Below the pieces are notes generated by a model. It worked only from the letters and a program-made list of their open reading frames with translations, made no database searches and was not told the origin of the DNA. DNA of 64,000 bases from Desulfobacteraceae bacterium CG2_30_51_40 (GTDB lineage: Bacteria > Desulfobacterota > DSM-4660 > Desulfatiglandales > Desulfatiglandaceae), in NCBI GenBank assembly GCA_001874005.1, contig MNYJ01000137.1, forward strand, positions 8,535 through 72,534, in the 5' to 3' direction. Of the stretch, positions 55,441-64,000 are shown in pieces (positions within the stretch are counted from its first letter, which is position 1; every line of letters begins with the position of its first letter). A program made the translations under genes and the position numbers.

Positions 55441-56820
55441 ATGATGGAAAGGTTCTTTTACCCCCGAAGCGTTGCCGTTGTGGGCGCATCCCCGGACAGG
55501 CGAAAAGGGGGCAATGCAATTTTTTGCAATCTAAAAATTTCGCTATCAGCGGGTCTGTACCCGATAAACCCCCGCTACGGGGAGATCGAAGGCATCGGGT
55601 GCCTGCCGAGTGTTTCGGATCTGCCGGATGCCGTTGATCTGGTTATCGCCTTCATCCCCGCCCCTTCAATCCCTGCCCTGATTGATGAATGCGGAAGGAA
55701 AGGAATCAGGAGAGTCATGATCCAAAGTGCCGGTTTTGCGGAAACAGGGGAAGCCGGCCGCCTTCTGCAAGAGCGATGCAAGGCCGTTGCTAAAGCCTAT
55801 GGAATAAGGCTCTGGGGGCCTAACTGCATGGGCGTGATAAACGGCTACACCCGTTTTGTGGCCTCGTTTATGAGACCTTTTATATGGGAGCATAATCTGA
55901 AGGCAGGCGGGGTTTCTGTAATAGTTCAGAGCGGTATGCTCGCAGCCGGTTTTCTTATGCAGGTAATAAGCCAAGGCTGTTTCGGCCTGAGCAAGGCATG
56001 TTCCATAGGCAACCGTTCCGACGTCAATGAATCTGATATACTGGAATATCTGAGAGATGACCAATCAACAAAGGTCGTGGGTCTTTATCTTGAATCAATC
56101 GCAGATATTCCCAGGTTCAGGAAAGCTGTAAAGACCCTCGGTAAACCCATTGTTCTGCTTAAAGGGGGAATAAGCCCCTTTGGGGCAAAGGCTGCGCTAA
56201 GCCACACTGCCAGCCTTGCTGAGGATGCCGCGGTGGCGGAGGGCTTTTTCCGGCAGTTGGGGATAGAGAGGGCCTATGACATAATGCAGTTGACGGATTT
56301 CCTTAAGGCCCTGAATGGGGGCAACTATTATAAAAAGGCAGGAAAAGGGGTTGCGGTGGTAACTTTCAGCGGAGCGGCCGGCATTGTTACTGCCGACCAT
56401 ATTTCTAGGGCCGGCCTTGAACTGGCTCGGCTGGGAAGTGAAACCACAGAGGCCATTTCTAATATATTTCCTCAATGGATGCGGCCTGATAACCCGGTGG
56501 ATATATGGCCTTCCCTTGAGCAGCATCCAAGATCGCTGACATATTCCGTGATCTTGAAGGCCCTGCTGGAAGACCTATCCGTTGATGCCGTATTCCTCCA
56601 TGTCTTTGCCGATCCCGATCCTGATGGGGAATATGATCTGTTTCTCGACTCCATCGGCAGGGTCGAAAAGCCTGTTGTCGGTTGGATGATAGGAGATGCC
56701 ACATATTTCAGGGGGTTGAAAGAGAAAATGGAGGAAAAGGGAATACTCGTATATGATGAGATAGGGCGTGGGGTGGAGGTTTTGAGGCTTCTTATGGACG
56801 GTTTATGTGAAAAGAGATAG
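55441..56820 (+). CDS. CoA-binding / ADP-forming acyl-CoA synthetase alpha-type protein (no ATP-grasp beta domain)
   Basis: 459 aa. FYPRSVAVVGASPDRRKGGN...PINPRYGEIEGIGCLPSVSDLPDAVDLVI is the CoA_binding_2 signature. A succinyl-CoA-synthetase-like flavodoxin domain follows. Confidence 0.75.
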   Translation: MMERFFYPRSVAVVGASPDRRKGGNAIFCNLKISLSAGLYPINPRYGEIEGIGCLPSVSDLPDAVDLVIAFIPAPSIPALIDECGRKGIRRVMIQSAGFAETGEAGRLLQERCKAVAKAYGIRLWGPNCMGVINGYTRFVASFMRPFIWEHNLKAGGVSVIVQSGMLAAGFLMQVISQGCFGLSKACSIGNRSDVNESDILEYLRDDQSTKVVGLYLESIADIPRFRKAVKTLGKPIVLLKGGISPFGAKAALSHTASLAEDAAVAEGFFRQLGIERAYDIMQLTDFLKALNGGNYYKKAGKGVAVVTFSGAAGIVTADHISRAGLELARLGSETTEAISNIFPQWMRPDNPVDIWPSLEQHPRSLTYSVILKALLEDLSVDAVFLHVFADPDPDGEYDLFLDSIGRVEKPVVGWMIGDATYFRGLKEKMEEKGILVYDEIGRGVEVLRLLMDGLCEKR

Positions 56821-57125
56821 CGATAGCGGCGAAGGCTTTACCGTATTGTGATCCGGGGGTCGCTATCCGTTTCTTGTCCCGGACTTTCCCGTAATGACGA
56901 CCTGGATTCCGGACCGGGCTCAACACAGGTTCATCCCGGCCTCCGCATCCGAGCAATGCTTCTTCTCCTTTTCAGGACACGGCATATTCTTGTGGACATG
57001 CATGGCCTTTTTCGTGCAATAAAGGGCCTGGAAGGTCATGCAGCTTCCTGCTCCATCGAGTGCCTGATCTTTCGGCCAGACGGCATGCAAGCATGTGAGA
57101 TCGCAGAATTCCATAAGGAATATGA

Positions 57126-57413
57126 TTACTGAATGGTGGGTTCACCCTGAGGCATTTCAAATGCCTGTATCTTCCCGAAGTTCTCTTCGTATTTTGCAAG
57201 ATTTTCCTGCAGGGCCTTCACAATCCTTTTCATGTGCCCGGGGCTTATGATGATCCTTGCCGCAACTGTTCCTGAGGGAGGGGCAAGCATAAGGAAATCC
57301 ATTATGAACTCCTCCTTGGTATGTGCAACAACCATGTTGTTGGAATAGACACCGCCCAGGAGTTCCTTGGGAAAATCAATCCTGGCCTCGCTGCTCTTGT
57401 TTTGTGCAGTCAT
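57126..57413 (-). CDS. DUF3467-like small protein
   Basis: 95 aa. GGVYSNNMVVAHTKEEFIMDFL matches my recollection of the DUF3467 core. Confidence 0.55.
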   Translation of the reverse strand: MTAQNKSSEARIDFPKELLGGVYSNNMVVAHTKEEFIMDFLMLAPPSGTVAARIIISPGHMKRIVKALQENLAKYEENFGKIQAFEMPQGEPTIQ

Positions 57414-57429
57414 TTTATCTCCTTTTTCA

Positions 57430-58425
57430 TCATCCGCCTATGCTTGACATCAATCGCGCGCACTTTCGCGGTCCTCGTCGTAGTAAGTTATGGTTTTCCG
57501 GCTTGGTTTCAACGGCTCTGCGCATCAGTTCAAGCAATAAATCGTCGCCGGCTCCGCTTCTCAATGGCCCCTTCAGGTCTATCTCCTGATCCGAGAAAAG
57601 GCATCCCCGAAGTTGCCCCTCGGCCGTCAGTCTCAAACGGTTACATTTGGCGCAGAAATGATTGCTGAGCGCGCCGATCAGCCCGATCTCGCCGTCCCCT
57701 TTGCCGAGCCTGAACTTAAGCGCAGGCCCGTCCAGCTTTCCCGATTCAATCGGTGTAAGGGGCCAGGCTTGCCTAATGATTTCAAGCATTTCATCAATGG
57801 ATACGAACTCCTCCGGCCTCCATCCGTTCTTTCCTCCGATGGGCATGAACTCTATAAAACGCACGTGGATGGGCTTTTCCGTTGCAAGGGCGGCAAAATC
57901 CAGTAGCTCGTCGTCGTTAATACCTCTCATCACGACAACATTTATTTTGATGGGGGAAAGCCCCTCCTCCTGTGCCGCCCTTATTCCGGCAATGACTTTG
58001 TCAAAATAATCACGTCCGGTAATCTTTAGGAATCTTTGCGGTTTAAGCGAATCAAGGCTTATGTTGATTCGCCTTATCCCTGCATTCTTAAGGTCCCGGG
58101 CGTAATCCTCAAGCAGAACCCCGTTGGTCGTAAGCGTTATCTCATCTAGCCCTTCAAGGCTGGAAAGAGTCTTCAGAAAAGGTGTCAGCCCTTTTCGAAC
58201 AAGGGGTTCACCGCCGGTGATCCTTACTTTTCTTATGCCATGAAGCGATGATAACCTTACCACCCTGGCCATTTCCTCAAAGGATAGGATCTCTTCATGC
58301 GGAACGAAGCTCACCCCTTCAGGCGGCATGCAGTAACGGCACCTCAGGTTGCAGCGGTCTGTAACGGAGAGCCGCAGATAGGTTACTATTCTGTTGTTTC
58401 CGGCATTCAGAGTGTCTGCGGCCAT
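57430..58425 (-). CDS. moaA: GTP 3',8-cyclase (molybdenum cofactor biosynthesis protein A)
   Basis: 331 aa with YLRLSVTDRCNLRCRYCMP (radical SAM cluster) and the C-terminal auxiliary cluster CxxCxRLRLTAEGxLxxCL. Confidence 0.9.
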   Translation of the reverse strand: MAADTLNAGNNRIVTYLRLSVTDRCNLRCRYCMPPEGVSFVPHEEILSFEEMARVVRLSSLHGIRKVRITGGEPLVRKGLTPFLKTLSSLEGLDEITLTTNGVLLEDYARDLKNAGIRRINISLDSLKPQRFLKITGRDYFDKVIAGIRAAQEEGLSPIKINVVVMRGINDDELLDFAALATEKPIHVRFIEFMPIGGKNGWRPEEFVSIDEMLEIIRQAWPLTPIESGKLDGPALKFRLGKGDGEIGLIGALSNHFCAKCNRLRLTAEGQLRGCLFSDQEIDLKGPLRSGAGDDLLLELMRRAVETKPENHNLLRRGPRKCARLMSSIGG

Positions 58426-58558
58426 TTAACCAAGTCAGTCTTTCTTGAAAATTTATTGTCGCGGGATGCCCTTTCAGGACTTCCGAGAATAAGACCTGAT
58501 CTTAATACTCCCTGCCGGGGTATATTGCAAGAGAAGGTAACATTAAGGCAGGATTATC

Positions 58559-61315
58559 TTATTCCGCGTACACGCTTCTCCCAGCCCCATAATAAGCGTC
58601 ATAGACATGTTGGAAGACAGCGGCAGCCTTTTGCTCGAAGAGGTTGGGAGTATAAGCACTCGGCAATCCCCTGTCCAAAAGCTTCTCGATAGTCACCCTG
58701 ACCTCAGCACGGGCCTGCTGCCTCTTGCGCCAATCAAGCACCAGTTTTCCAGCCTTGAGCCAAACCAACAATTCGCGGGCCGTGGCCTTGACCCTGCTCC
58801 GGTCCGTTGAAGTCATTTCAATGAGCGGCCTGGTCAGGATGTCAAAAAGCGCCAGTTCCTCTTCGGTCAACTGCTCTCCTACAGCCCTCTTTTCCTCCTC
58901 GTCCAAACCCCTGGCAAAAACAACCAACTGATGGAAGAACTCCTCGGCGTTCAGGCTCCCGGCATTGTATTCATCTATCATAATCTGGAAGCGATCCAGA
59001 TAGTCCATACGGGTTCGGTTGAGCCGCACCATGACCATGAGCCTCTGTGCCAGAGCCCCTTTGAGCTTTTCATTGACTGTGCGTTTGCGGCCTGTTTTGA
59101 ACTTCTGTTCCATTGCCTCAAAATCAAATCCACTAAGGTCAATGAGGCGATCACGGCCATAAGCAATGCCTCTCTCGCCTATGATGTAACCCTCTGTGGC
59201 AATGGAGCGGCCCAGCAGTCCTTCAACCCGCTGTATGACCTGTGAGATGTCCGCCGGCGGTGTCAGCGCGCGGATCTTATCGGCTATGACCTGCACGGGC
59301 GACACCTCGGCGGCAAATTCCCGCGCCGCCGGGTCGGGCAGCACGGCCTTGTAGAGCCGTAGAACCGTGTTGGTCAGATCGAGATAGCGGAGCTTGATCT
59401 CTTCGGAGGCGACCAGCGCCTCTACGGCGTCATCGAGCAAACCGACGCGGGCAAATCCCTCGGCGGCCTGGATGGTCGCGAGGTTGATCCCCTGTTCCCG
59501 ACACAAGCCCCGGGTTTCTTCCAACGCCTGCCGCAGCGCCGCCTCCAATGCGGACTTGTCCTGCACCGGCTTATTGCCGCCGCCCGTGCCCCCGGCGGCC
59601 CCATAGATGGCCAGCGCCCGTTCGAGATTGCGGAACACCCCGGCATAGTCCACGATCAGGCCGCTCACCTTGCCGGGATAGACCCGGTTGGCCCGGGCGA
59701 TGGTCTGTATCAGGGTGTGGTTGCGCATCGGTTTGTCGAGATAGAGGGTCGAGCAGCTCGGCACATCGAAACCGGTCATCCACATGGCGCAAACAAAGAC
59801 CAGCCGGAAGGGGTCGTTGGGATTCTTGAACTTCGTCTCCATATCCTCATCGAGCATGCGCTTGCGGTGCGGTCGGATGTCGAGCCCTTTTTCGCTCATC
59901 TCGGCAATCTCGTTTTGCCCCTGAGAGACGACCACCGCCATATCGGTTTCCTTCATCCGGGCCATCTGCGCTTCGATCTCCCGCCGGGCGTCGCCCTCTA
60001 CCCCGGCCGCTTCTGTCTGCAAGGCCGCAATCTTTTCGCTCCAATACTTCTTAACCTTGTCGTACATGCGAATGGCCGTGGCCTTGTCGATGCAGATCAT
60101 CATGCCCTTGCCCTGGAAGCCACGCCCCGTGAAATGGGTCACTAAGTTCTTGGCCACAGCCTCCAGACGGTCGTCGCGGGTGATCAGGTGGTACTCCCGG
60201 CCGAACTCCTGCTCCAGCTTCTTTTCCTGCTCCTCGTCCAACTCCGCCGCCTCCAGGAGGTTTTCCATGTCCTCGTTGAGGTTGTCGTTGACCAGTTGCA
60301 GTTCCGGGATGCGGTTCTCGTAGTAAAGAGGGACCGTCGCGCCGTCGGCCATGGACTGCTGGAAGTCATAGACGCTGACGTAGTCGCCGAAGACCTGCCG
60401 GGTCTTTTCCTCGCCCACGATCAGCGGTGTGCCGGTGAAGGCCAGAAAGGCGGCATTCGGCAGGGCCGCAAGCGCATTGTTGACGCCCAGATACTGGTGG
60501 TTCTTGGCCGTCAGCTTTATGAGCCCGCCGGGGACCTCCTGAAAGAGGCAAAAATTCTCCACCAGATCCAGAAACCGCGCCGGGTCGCAGACGCCGCGCA
60601 GCATGGTCTCCAGCGACACCCGGCCCGCCTCGTCCTCACTGCCTACCTTCTTCCATTCGGCGAAGTGTTCCCAGCCGGCGGTGACGCTCCCCACCCGGCT
60701 CTGGCTGCCGTTGGAAAGGATGATCAGGGCGTTGGGCCAGAAAAGCTGCGGAATGGTGTCCTTGTAGTCGCGCAGGTTGCCGGTGAAGGCGGTCTCCAGG
60801 CGGCGGTGGGCGGCCTTGAGTTCGATGAACAGCAGCGGCAACCCATTGACGAAGCCCACCAGGTCGGCCCGCCGGGTGTGCATCTCGCCGGTCACCCAGA
60901 ACTGCGAGCAGAGCAGGAAGTCGTTTTGGGCCGGGTCGTCCCATTCCACCACCCGCACCACTTCTACCGTCTCGCCATCGCCGTCGGGATCGGGACGGGG
61001 AACACGCACACCGTTCTTGAGGAGGTGGTAGACCTCGCGATTGGCCGCCGCCGCACTCATCCGCGACCGATCGCGGGTCAATTCATCGATGGCCTGATGG
61101 ACGGCCTCCGGTGAGGCCTCGGAATTGAGCTTCAGGAGCGCTTCCCGCAGGCGGGATTTCAGTACCACCTCATCCTTGGTCTCCCGGCCCAGACTGCTCG
61201 CACCGTGGTCGAACTCGTGATAGGCGTTGACCGTCTGCCAGCCCAGCGAAGCCAAGAGGGCAATGGCCGGTCGCTCGATCAGGGCGTCTTCGGTATAGCC
61301 GGAGGGAGGGGTCAT
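58559..61315 (-). CDS. hsdR: Type I restriction enzyme R subunit with in-frame internal deletion of helicase motifs I-II
   Basis: The N-terminal nuclease core (ADLVGFVNGLPLLFIELK) is present. So are motif III (FLAFTGTP) and later helicase motifs (MWMTGFDVP, QTIARANR). No GxGK(S/T) Walker A or DEAH box occurs anywhere. KNHQYLGVNNA joins directly to LAALPNAAFLAFTGTP at about 60461-60475. Confidence 0.8.
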   Translation of the reverse strand: MTPPSGYTEDALIERPAIALLASLGWQTVNAYHEFDHGASSLGRETKDEVVLKSRLREALLKLNSEASPEAVHQAIDELTRDRSRMSAAAANREVYHLLKNGVRVPRPDPDGDGETVEVVRVVEWDDPAQNDFLLCSQFWVTGEMHTRRADLVGFVNGLPLLFIELKAAHRRLETAFTGNLRDYKDTIPQLFWPNALIILSNGSQSRVGSVTAGWEHFAEWKKVGSEDEAGRVSLETMLRGVCDPARFLDLVENFCLFQEVPGGLIKLTAKNHQYLGVNNALAALPNAAFLAFTGTPLIVGEEKTRQVFGDYVSVYDFQQSMADGATVPLYYENRIPELQLVNDNLNEDMENLLEAAELDEEQEKKLEQEFGREYHLITRDDRLEAVAKNLVTHFTGRGFQGKGMMICIDKATAIRMYDKVKKYWSEKIAALQTEAAGVEGDARREIEAQMARMKETDMAVVVSQGQNEIAEMSEKGLDIRPHRKRMLDEDMETKFKNPNDPFRLVFVCAMWMTGFDVPSCSTLYLDKPMRNHTLIQTIARANRVYPGKVSGLIVDYAGVFRNLERALAIYGAAGGTGGGNKPVQDKSALEAALRQALEETRGLCREQGINLATIQAAEGFARVGLLDDAVEALVASEEIKLRYLDLTNTVLRLYKAVLPDPAAREFAAEVSPVQVIADKIRALTPPADISQVIQRVEGLLGRSIATEGYIIGERGIAYGRDRLIDLSGFDFEAMEQKFKTGRKRTVNEKLKGALAQRLMVMVRLNRTRMDYLDRFQIMIDEYNAGSLNAEEFFHQLVVFARGLDEEEKRAVGEQLTEEELALFDILTRPLIEMTSTDRSRVKATARELLVWLKAGKLVLDWRKRQQARAEVRVTIEKLLDRGLPSAYTPNLFEQKAAAVFQHVYDAYYGAGRSVYAE

Positions 61316-62835
61316 GAAGGAGTCTCCTTTTCAGCGTTTGCAAGGACTGTGCGACCGGCAGAGGTGGTGCGGTACCGCTGCTTCGAACTACGGGGTTTGT
61401 CGGGGATGGTCCGTTCGATCAACCCTTTGTCAAGCGAAGGTTCGAGATAATTTTTGAGGAAATGCACACGATCTTTGAGGTGTAGCGCCGATTGGAGATC
61501 CGCCGCACTGGCTTCCCGCATGGCAGTACGCAGGAGGATCATTACTTGTGGGGTAACTTGTGGGGCACTTGTGGGGTGCTTGTGGGGTACTTGAGGGGTG
61601 GGCTCCACCTCATGGGCCTTTTCATGGGCCAGAGCTTGGTCCCGACCTGGTCCCTTCTCGGTCCCGACTTGTGCGGTACTTGGTGCCTCTTTGGCACCCA
61701 CCTGCGCCCGTACCTCCGGATTGGGATAGAAGATCGCGGTGAAAAATCCGTTCTCCTCGAAGACCGGCGCCGGGCAATGCTGATCCCGTGCCTCTTCGCG
61801 CATACGCTTGATGCCGGTCCCGGCCTTTTCAATGAAGGTGATGCGGTGGAGCATATCGGCAAGAAGGGCATTGCGGCGGATGCTCTTCCGGCCGAGGTCG
61901 GAAAACTTCATCCCCTTAGGCAGGCCCCCGGGGCTGGATATCTCGAGCCGGTCGGTATAGATCTCCACGAAAACGTTAGCCCCTTCCACGAACCAGTCGC
62001 GATGCATGACCGCATTGGTGATCGCCTCGCGCAGGGCCTTCATCGGGTATTCCGGGATATCCTCCCGGCGCAGCCCTTCAATCCGGTAGGCCGTTCGGGT
62101 GTTGCGCTCGATGAAGCGCAGGCTATCCTGGATATCCGCAACGACACCGCCGGGGAAATCCTTGCGGTCCAGGATATGCACCTTGTCTGTACCTTTGGCC
62201 AAAAGACAGGTGACGTACGCCTGGTTAAAAAAATGTCTTACGTTCTTTGCGAAGAAGAGAACCCCGGCATTGCGGAAAAGAAGTTTGGCGCCGGAACGCT
62301 CGGCGGTCTCGATGTTGACCAGGACGTCCTCGGTGCTGGGACGGCCCGTGATGCCGCTCAACTGGAGCCAGGCAGCGTATTTCTCCCGGTCAAAGTCCTG
62401 GGGGTAGCGGAACCTTGGACAGACCGAGGTATCGAAACGGATCGCCCCCTCGCTGCGGAAGAGATCCCGGATCTCGTCGCGGCTGAGCTTCTGGGTGACG
62501 GCGCCCTGCCTCCAGAAATAACCATCGCTGCACTGAACGGGCTTTGATTCGCTCTCACGAACCGTTACCACGATGACCTCGCCGATCCGTTGCAGCAGGA
62601 TCTTGACCGGCGGATCGCAATTGCGGGCGATATCCTGGATACGGGCGCGAAGCGGATTGGTATCGGCAATCCCCTTGACGGCGCCGTCATCGCGCACCCC
62701 CAGCAGAATCCTGCCGCCCGCCGTATTGGCAAAGCCCACCAGTTCGCGGGCAAAGGAGGAGGATAGGCTCTCCTTGTACTCCAGCATGACGCCTTCGCCC
62801 TCCTGGAGCAGGATGTCGAGATCGGCGGCTTTCAT
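61312..62835 (-). CDS. AlbA_2/Schlafen-type putative DNA-binding ATPase-like regulator (RecG-like C-terminal wHTH) embedded in the R-M operon
   Basis: 507 aa. The N-terminus LEYKESLSSSFARELVGFANTAGGRILLGVRDDG is the AlbA_2 motif. A central HATPase_c_4-like region follows, then a C-terminal wHTH-like tail (LIERTIPDKPRSSKQRYRTT). It has ATGA overlaps with both neighbours. Confidence 0.65.
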   Translation of the reverse strand: MKAADLDILLQEGEGVMLEYKESLSSSFARELVGFANTAGGRILLGVRDDGAVKGIADTNPLRARIQDIARNCDPPVKILLQRIGEVIVVTVRESESKPVQCSDGYFWRQGAVTQKLSRDEIRDLFRSEGAIRFDTSVCPRFRYPQDFDREKYAAWLQLSGITGRPSTEDVLVNIETAERSGAKLLFRNAGVLFFAKNVRHFFNQAYVTCLLAKGTDKVHILDRKDFPGGVVADIQDSLRFIERNTRTAYRIEGLRREDIPEYPMKALREAITNAVMHRDWFVEGANVFVEIYTDRLEISSPGGLPKGMKFSDLGRKSIRRNALLADMLHRITFIEKAGTGIKRMREEARDQHCPAPVFEENGFFTAIFYPNPEVRAQVGAKEAPSTAQVGTEKGPGRDQALAHEKAHEVEPTPQVPHKHPTSAPQVTPQVMILLRTAMREASAADLQSALHLKDRVHFLKNYLEPSLDKGLIERTIPDKPRSSKQRYRTTSAGRTVLANAEKETPS

Positions 62836-64000
62836 GCGGCTACCTCCTCGGGAATGATGATGCCCAGTTCCGACACATCCACCTCGCCGGAGATGAGCTT
62901 GGGCAGGAGCAGGTCGCGCGTGCGGCGGAGGGCTTCATTTCTCTTTGCTAAACTGACTATCAGGGCCAAACTCGACTCTACCACCTTGTCAAATCGTTCC
63001 GCAATGTCCAATGGCGGGACAACAAGTGGTAAACCATTTACACCTGCCTGGTTGATACCAGGCTGTGCTGCGTTTGCATTGGTAGCCCGTATCGCCGAAA
63101 TTATGGCCGGTTCTTGCAGCCACAAGTAAAGAATATTCTGTGTCAGTCGTTTTCCAGTGGTTCGCAGAAGAAAAACATGCTCGTTAACGCAGAACTGGGC
63201 ATGGGGAAAACTGTCGCGAAAGTATGAAGACCTGCCGATGTATGCACCATCTTTGTAGAGCGCAACGTCGCCGTCTTTCACAATACCGTTTCTCATTGCT
63301 TCGAAAAATTCACGTGATACATATTTTTCGCTTTGGTACTTATGCCTGCCAATCCCAAAGATATTCTTCGCTCCAACGCTGGGCACGCCAGATTCTAAGT
63401 CTTTCGTTCCACCTTTTGGCCGTTTCCCACTTTCTAAAGCAATCAAGTGTTCTCCCAGAACTGACACATCCCAGCCCTTAGGAATCCTACCGAGGGGGGG
63501 AATCGACGAAGCGGGCGCGCTCGTGGCCGGGAGAGCGGTATTTGACGAACCACTCGCGGTAGAGGTCTTGCGCCATGTCCTCCAGAATCTTGATCCGCCG
63601 CAGGTTGTTCTCGATCAGGTCGTCGTAGGCCGAGAGAACCGCCGCGATTTTTTGTTGAGTTGGTAGGAGGGGAAAGCGTATCGGAAGACTGCGAAGAATA
63701 CTTGTATTCAAATTCGGCAGCGTTGCTCCGATAGCTTGGTTGGCAATCCATCCGATAACGTCTGGTTCCCGAAGATAATAGTGAAGAAAAAACGGGTCGA
63801 TATTTGAGTTCCCGAGACTCAACCGGAGACAACCTGTACCACAAAGCCATCCAGCCTGCTACTGTCGGATCAACGCTTGACGTCCGATATCACCACGCCT
63901 ACCATAAACGATATCACCAGGTTTGAGCTTGTGCCTTGACAGTCGCTCAACGTGTTCGGGAGCGACACAGGCAACACTGTCCGTTACAATTCGACCTCCG
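62832..64000 (-). pseudogene. hsdS: Type I R-M specificity subunit, disrupted (in-frame TAG + homopolymer frameshift); 5' end beyond the window
   Basis: The TRD1/central conserved region (..GWLCGTGCLRLSLGNSNIDPFFLHYYL...LYREWFVKYRSPGHE) continues into TRD2 (IPKGWDVSVLGEHL...LLLPKLISGEVDV) only after a -1 correction in GGGGGGG at 63494-63500. There is an in-frame TAG at 63859-63861. Confidence 0.8.

Noticed and set aside
1-64000. Search for rRNA, tRNA, tmRNA, RNase P and CRISPR arrays
   Set aside because: By eye I found no T-loop (GGTTCGAATCC-type) or anticodon-arm architecture in the intergenic regions. I found no RNase P or tmRNA signature strings, and no repeat-spacer arrays. This scan cannot exclude small RNAs. 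tRNAscan-SE and Infernal should be run to confirm.

Overview
This 64-kb window looks like chromosome from an anaerobic, sigma-54-using, multiheme-cytochrome-bearing bacterium. I infer a Desulfobacterota/deltaproteobacterium-like organism from gene content and repeat families only. I saw no rRNA, tRNA or CRISPR array. There are about 50 protein genes.

Positions 1-29 kb (about 52-55 % GC by eye) carry intact genes:
- recA(partial)-thpR-cinA-pgpA
- larC, an HdrD/GlcF-like Fe-S protein and a PflX-like radical SAM enzyme
- an AbfD-like dehydratase
- a PAS histidine kinase
- two chemoreceptors
- a DUF3786/Fe-S protein plus a B12-radical SAM enzyme
- a rubrerythrin-like protein
- two MFS transporters

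My best candidate for an undescribed system lies at 11.1-16.5 kb. It is a tightly coupled operon encoding three small signal-peptide proteins with Gly-rich D(G/P)TG segments, an outer-membrane beta-barrel, a sensor kinase and a sigma-54 activator. A tetraheme cytochrome c and a heme-c (CxxCH) chemoreceptor follow it.

Positions 29-64 kb are compositionally mosaic and full of gene lesions:
- three TRAP transporter loci in three states of integrity
- a YcaO gene with in-frame TAG and TGA codons
- a GldA/F/G-like ABC cluster
- a LarA-like/GlcD/GlcF hydroxy-acid module
- two GntR regulators that share a TGGTNTGACCA palindrome
- a GC-rich type I R-M locus with an internally deleted hsdR and a broken hsdS

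All three frameshifts I found sit in homopolymer runs. They could therefore be sequencing artefacts, decay or phase variation.

At least five interspersed repeat families populate the intergenic regions. All coordinates for repeats and motifs were derived by eye and should be treated as +/- a few bases.
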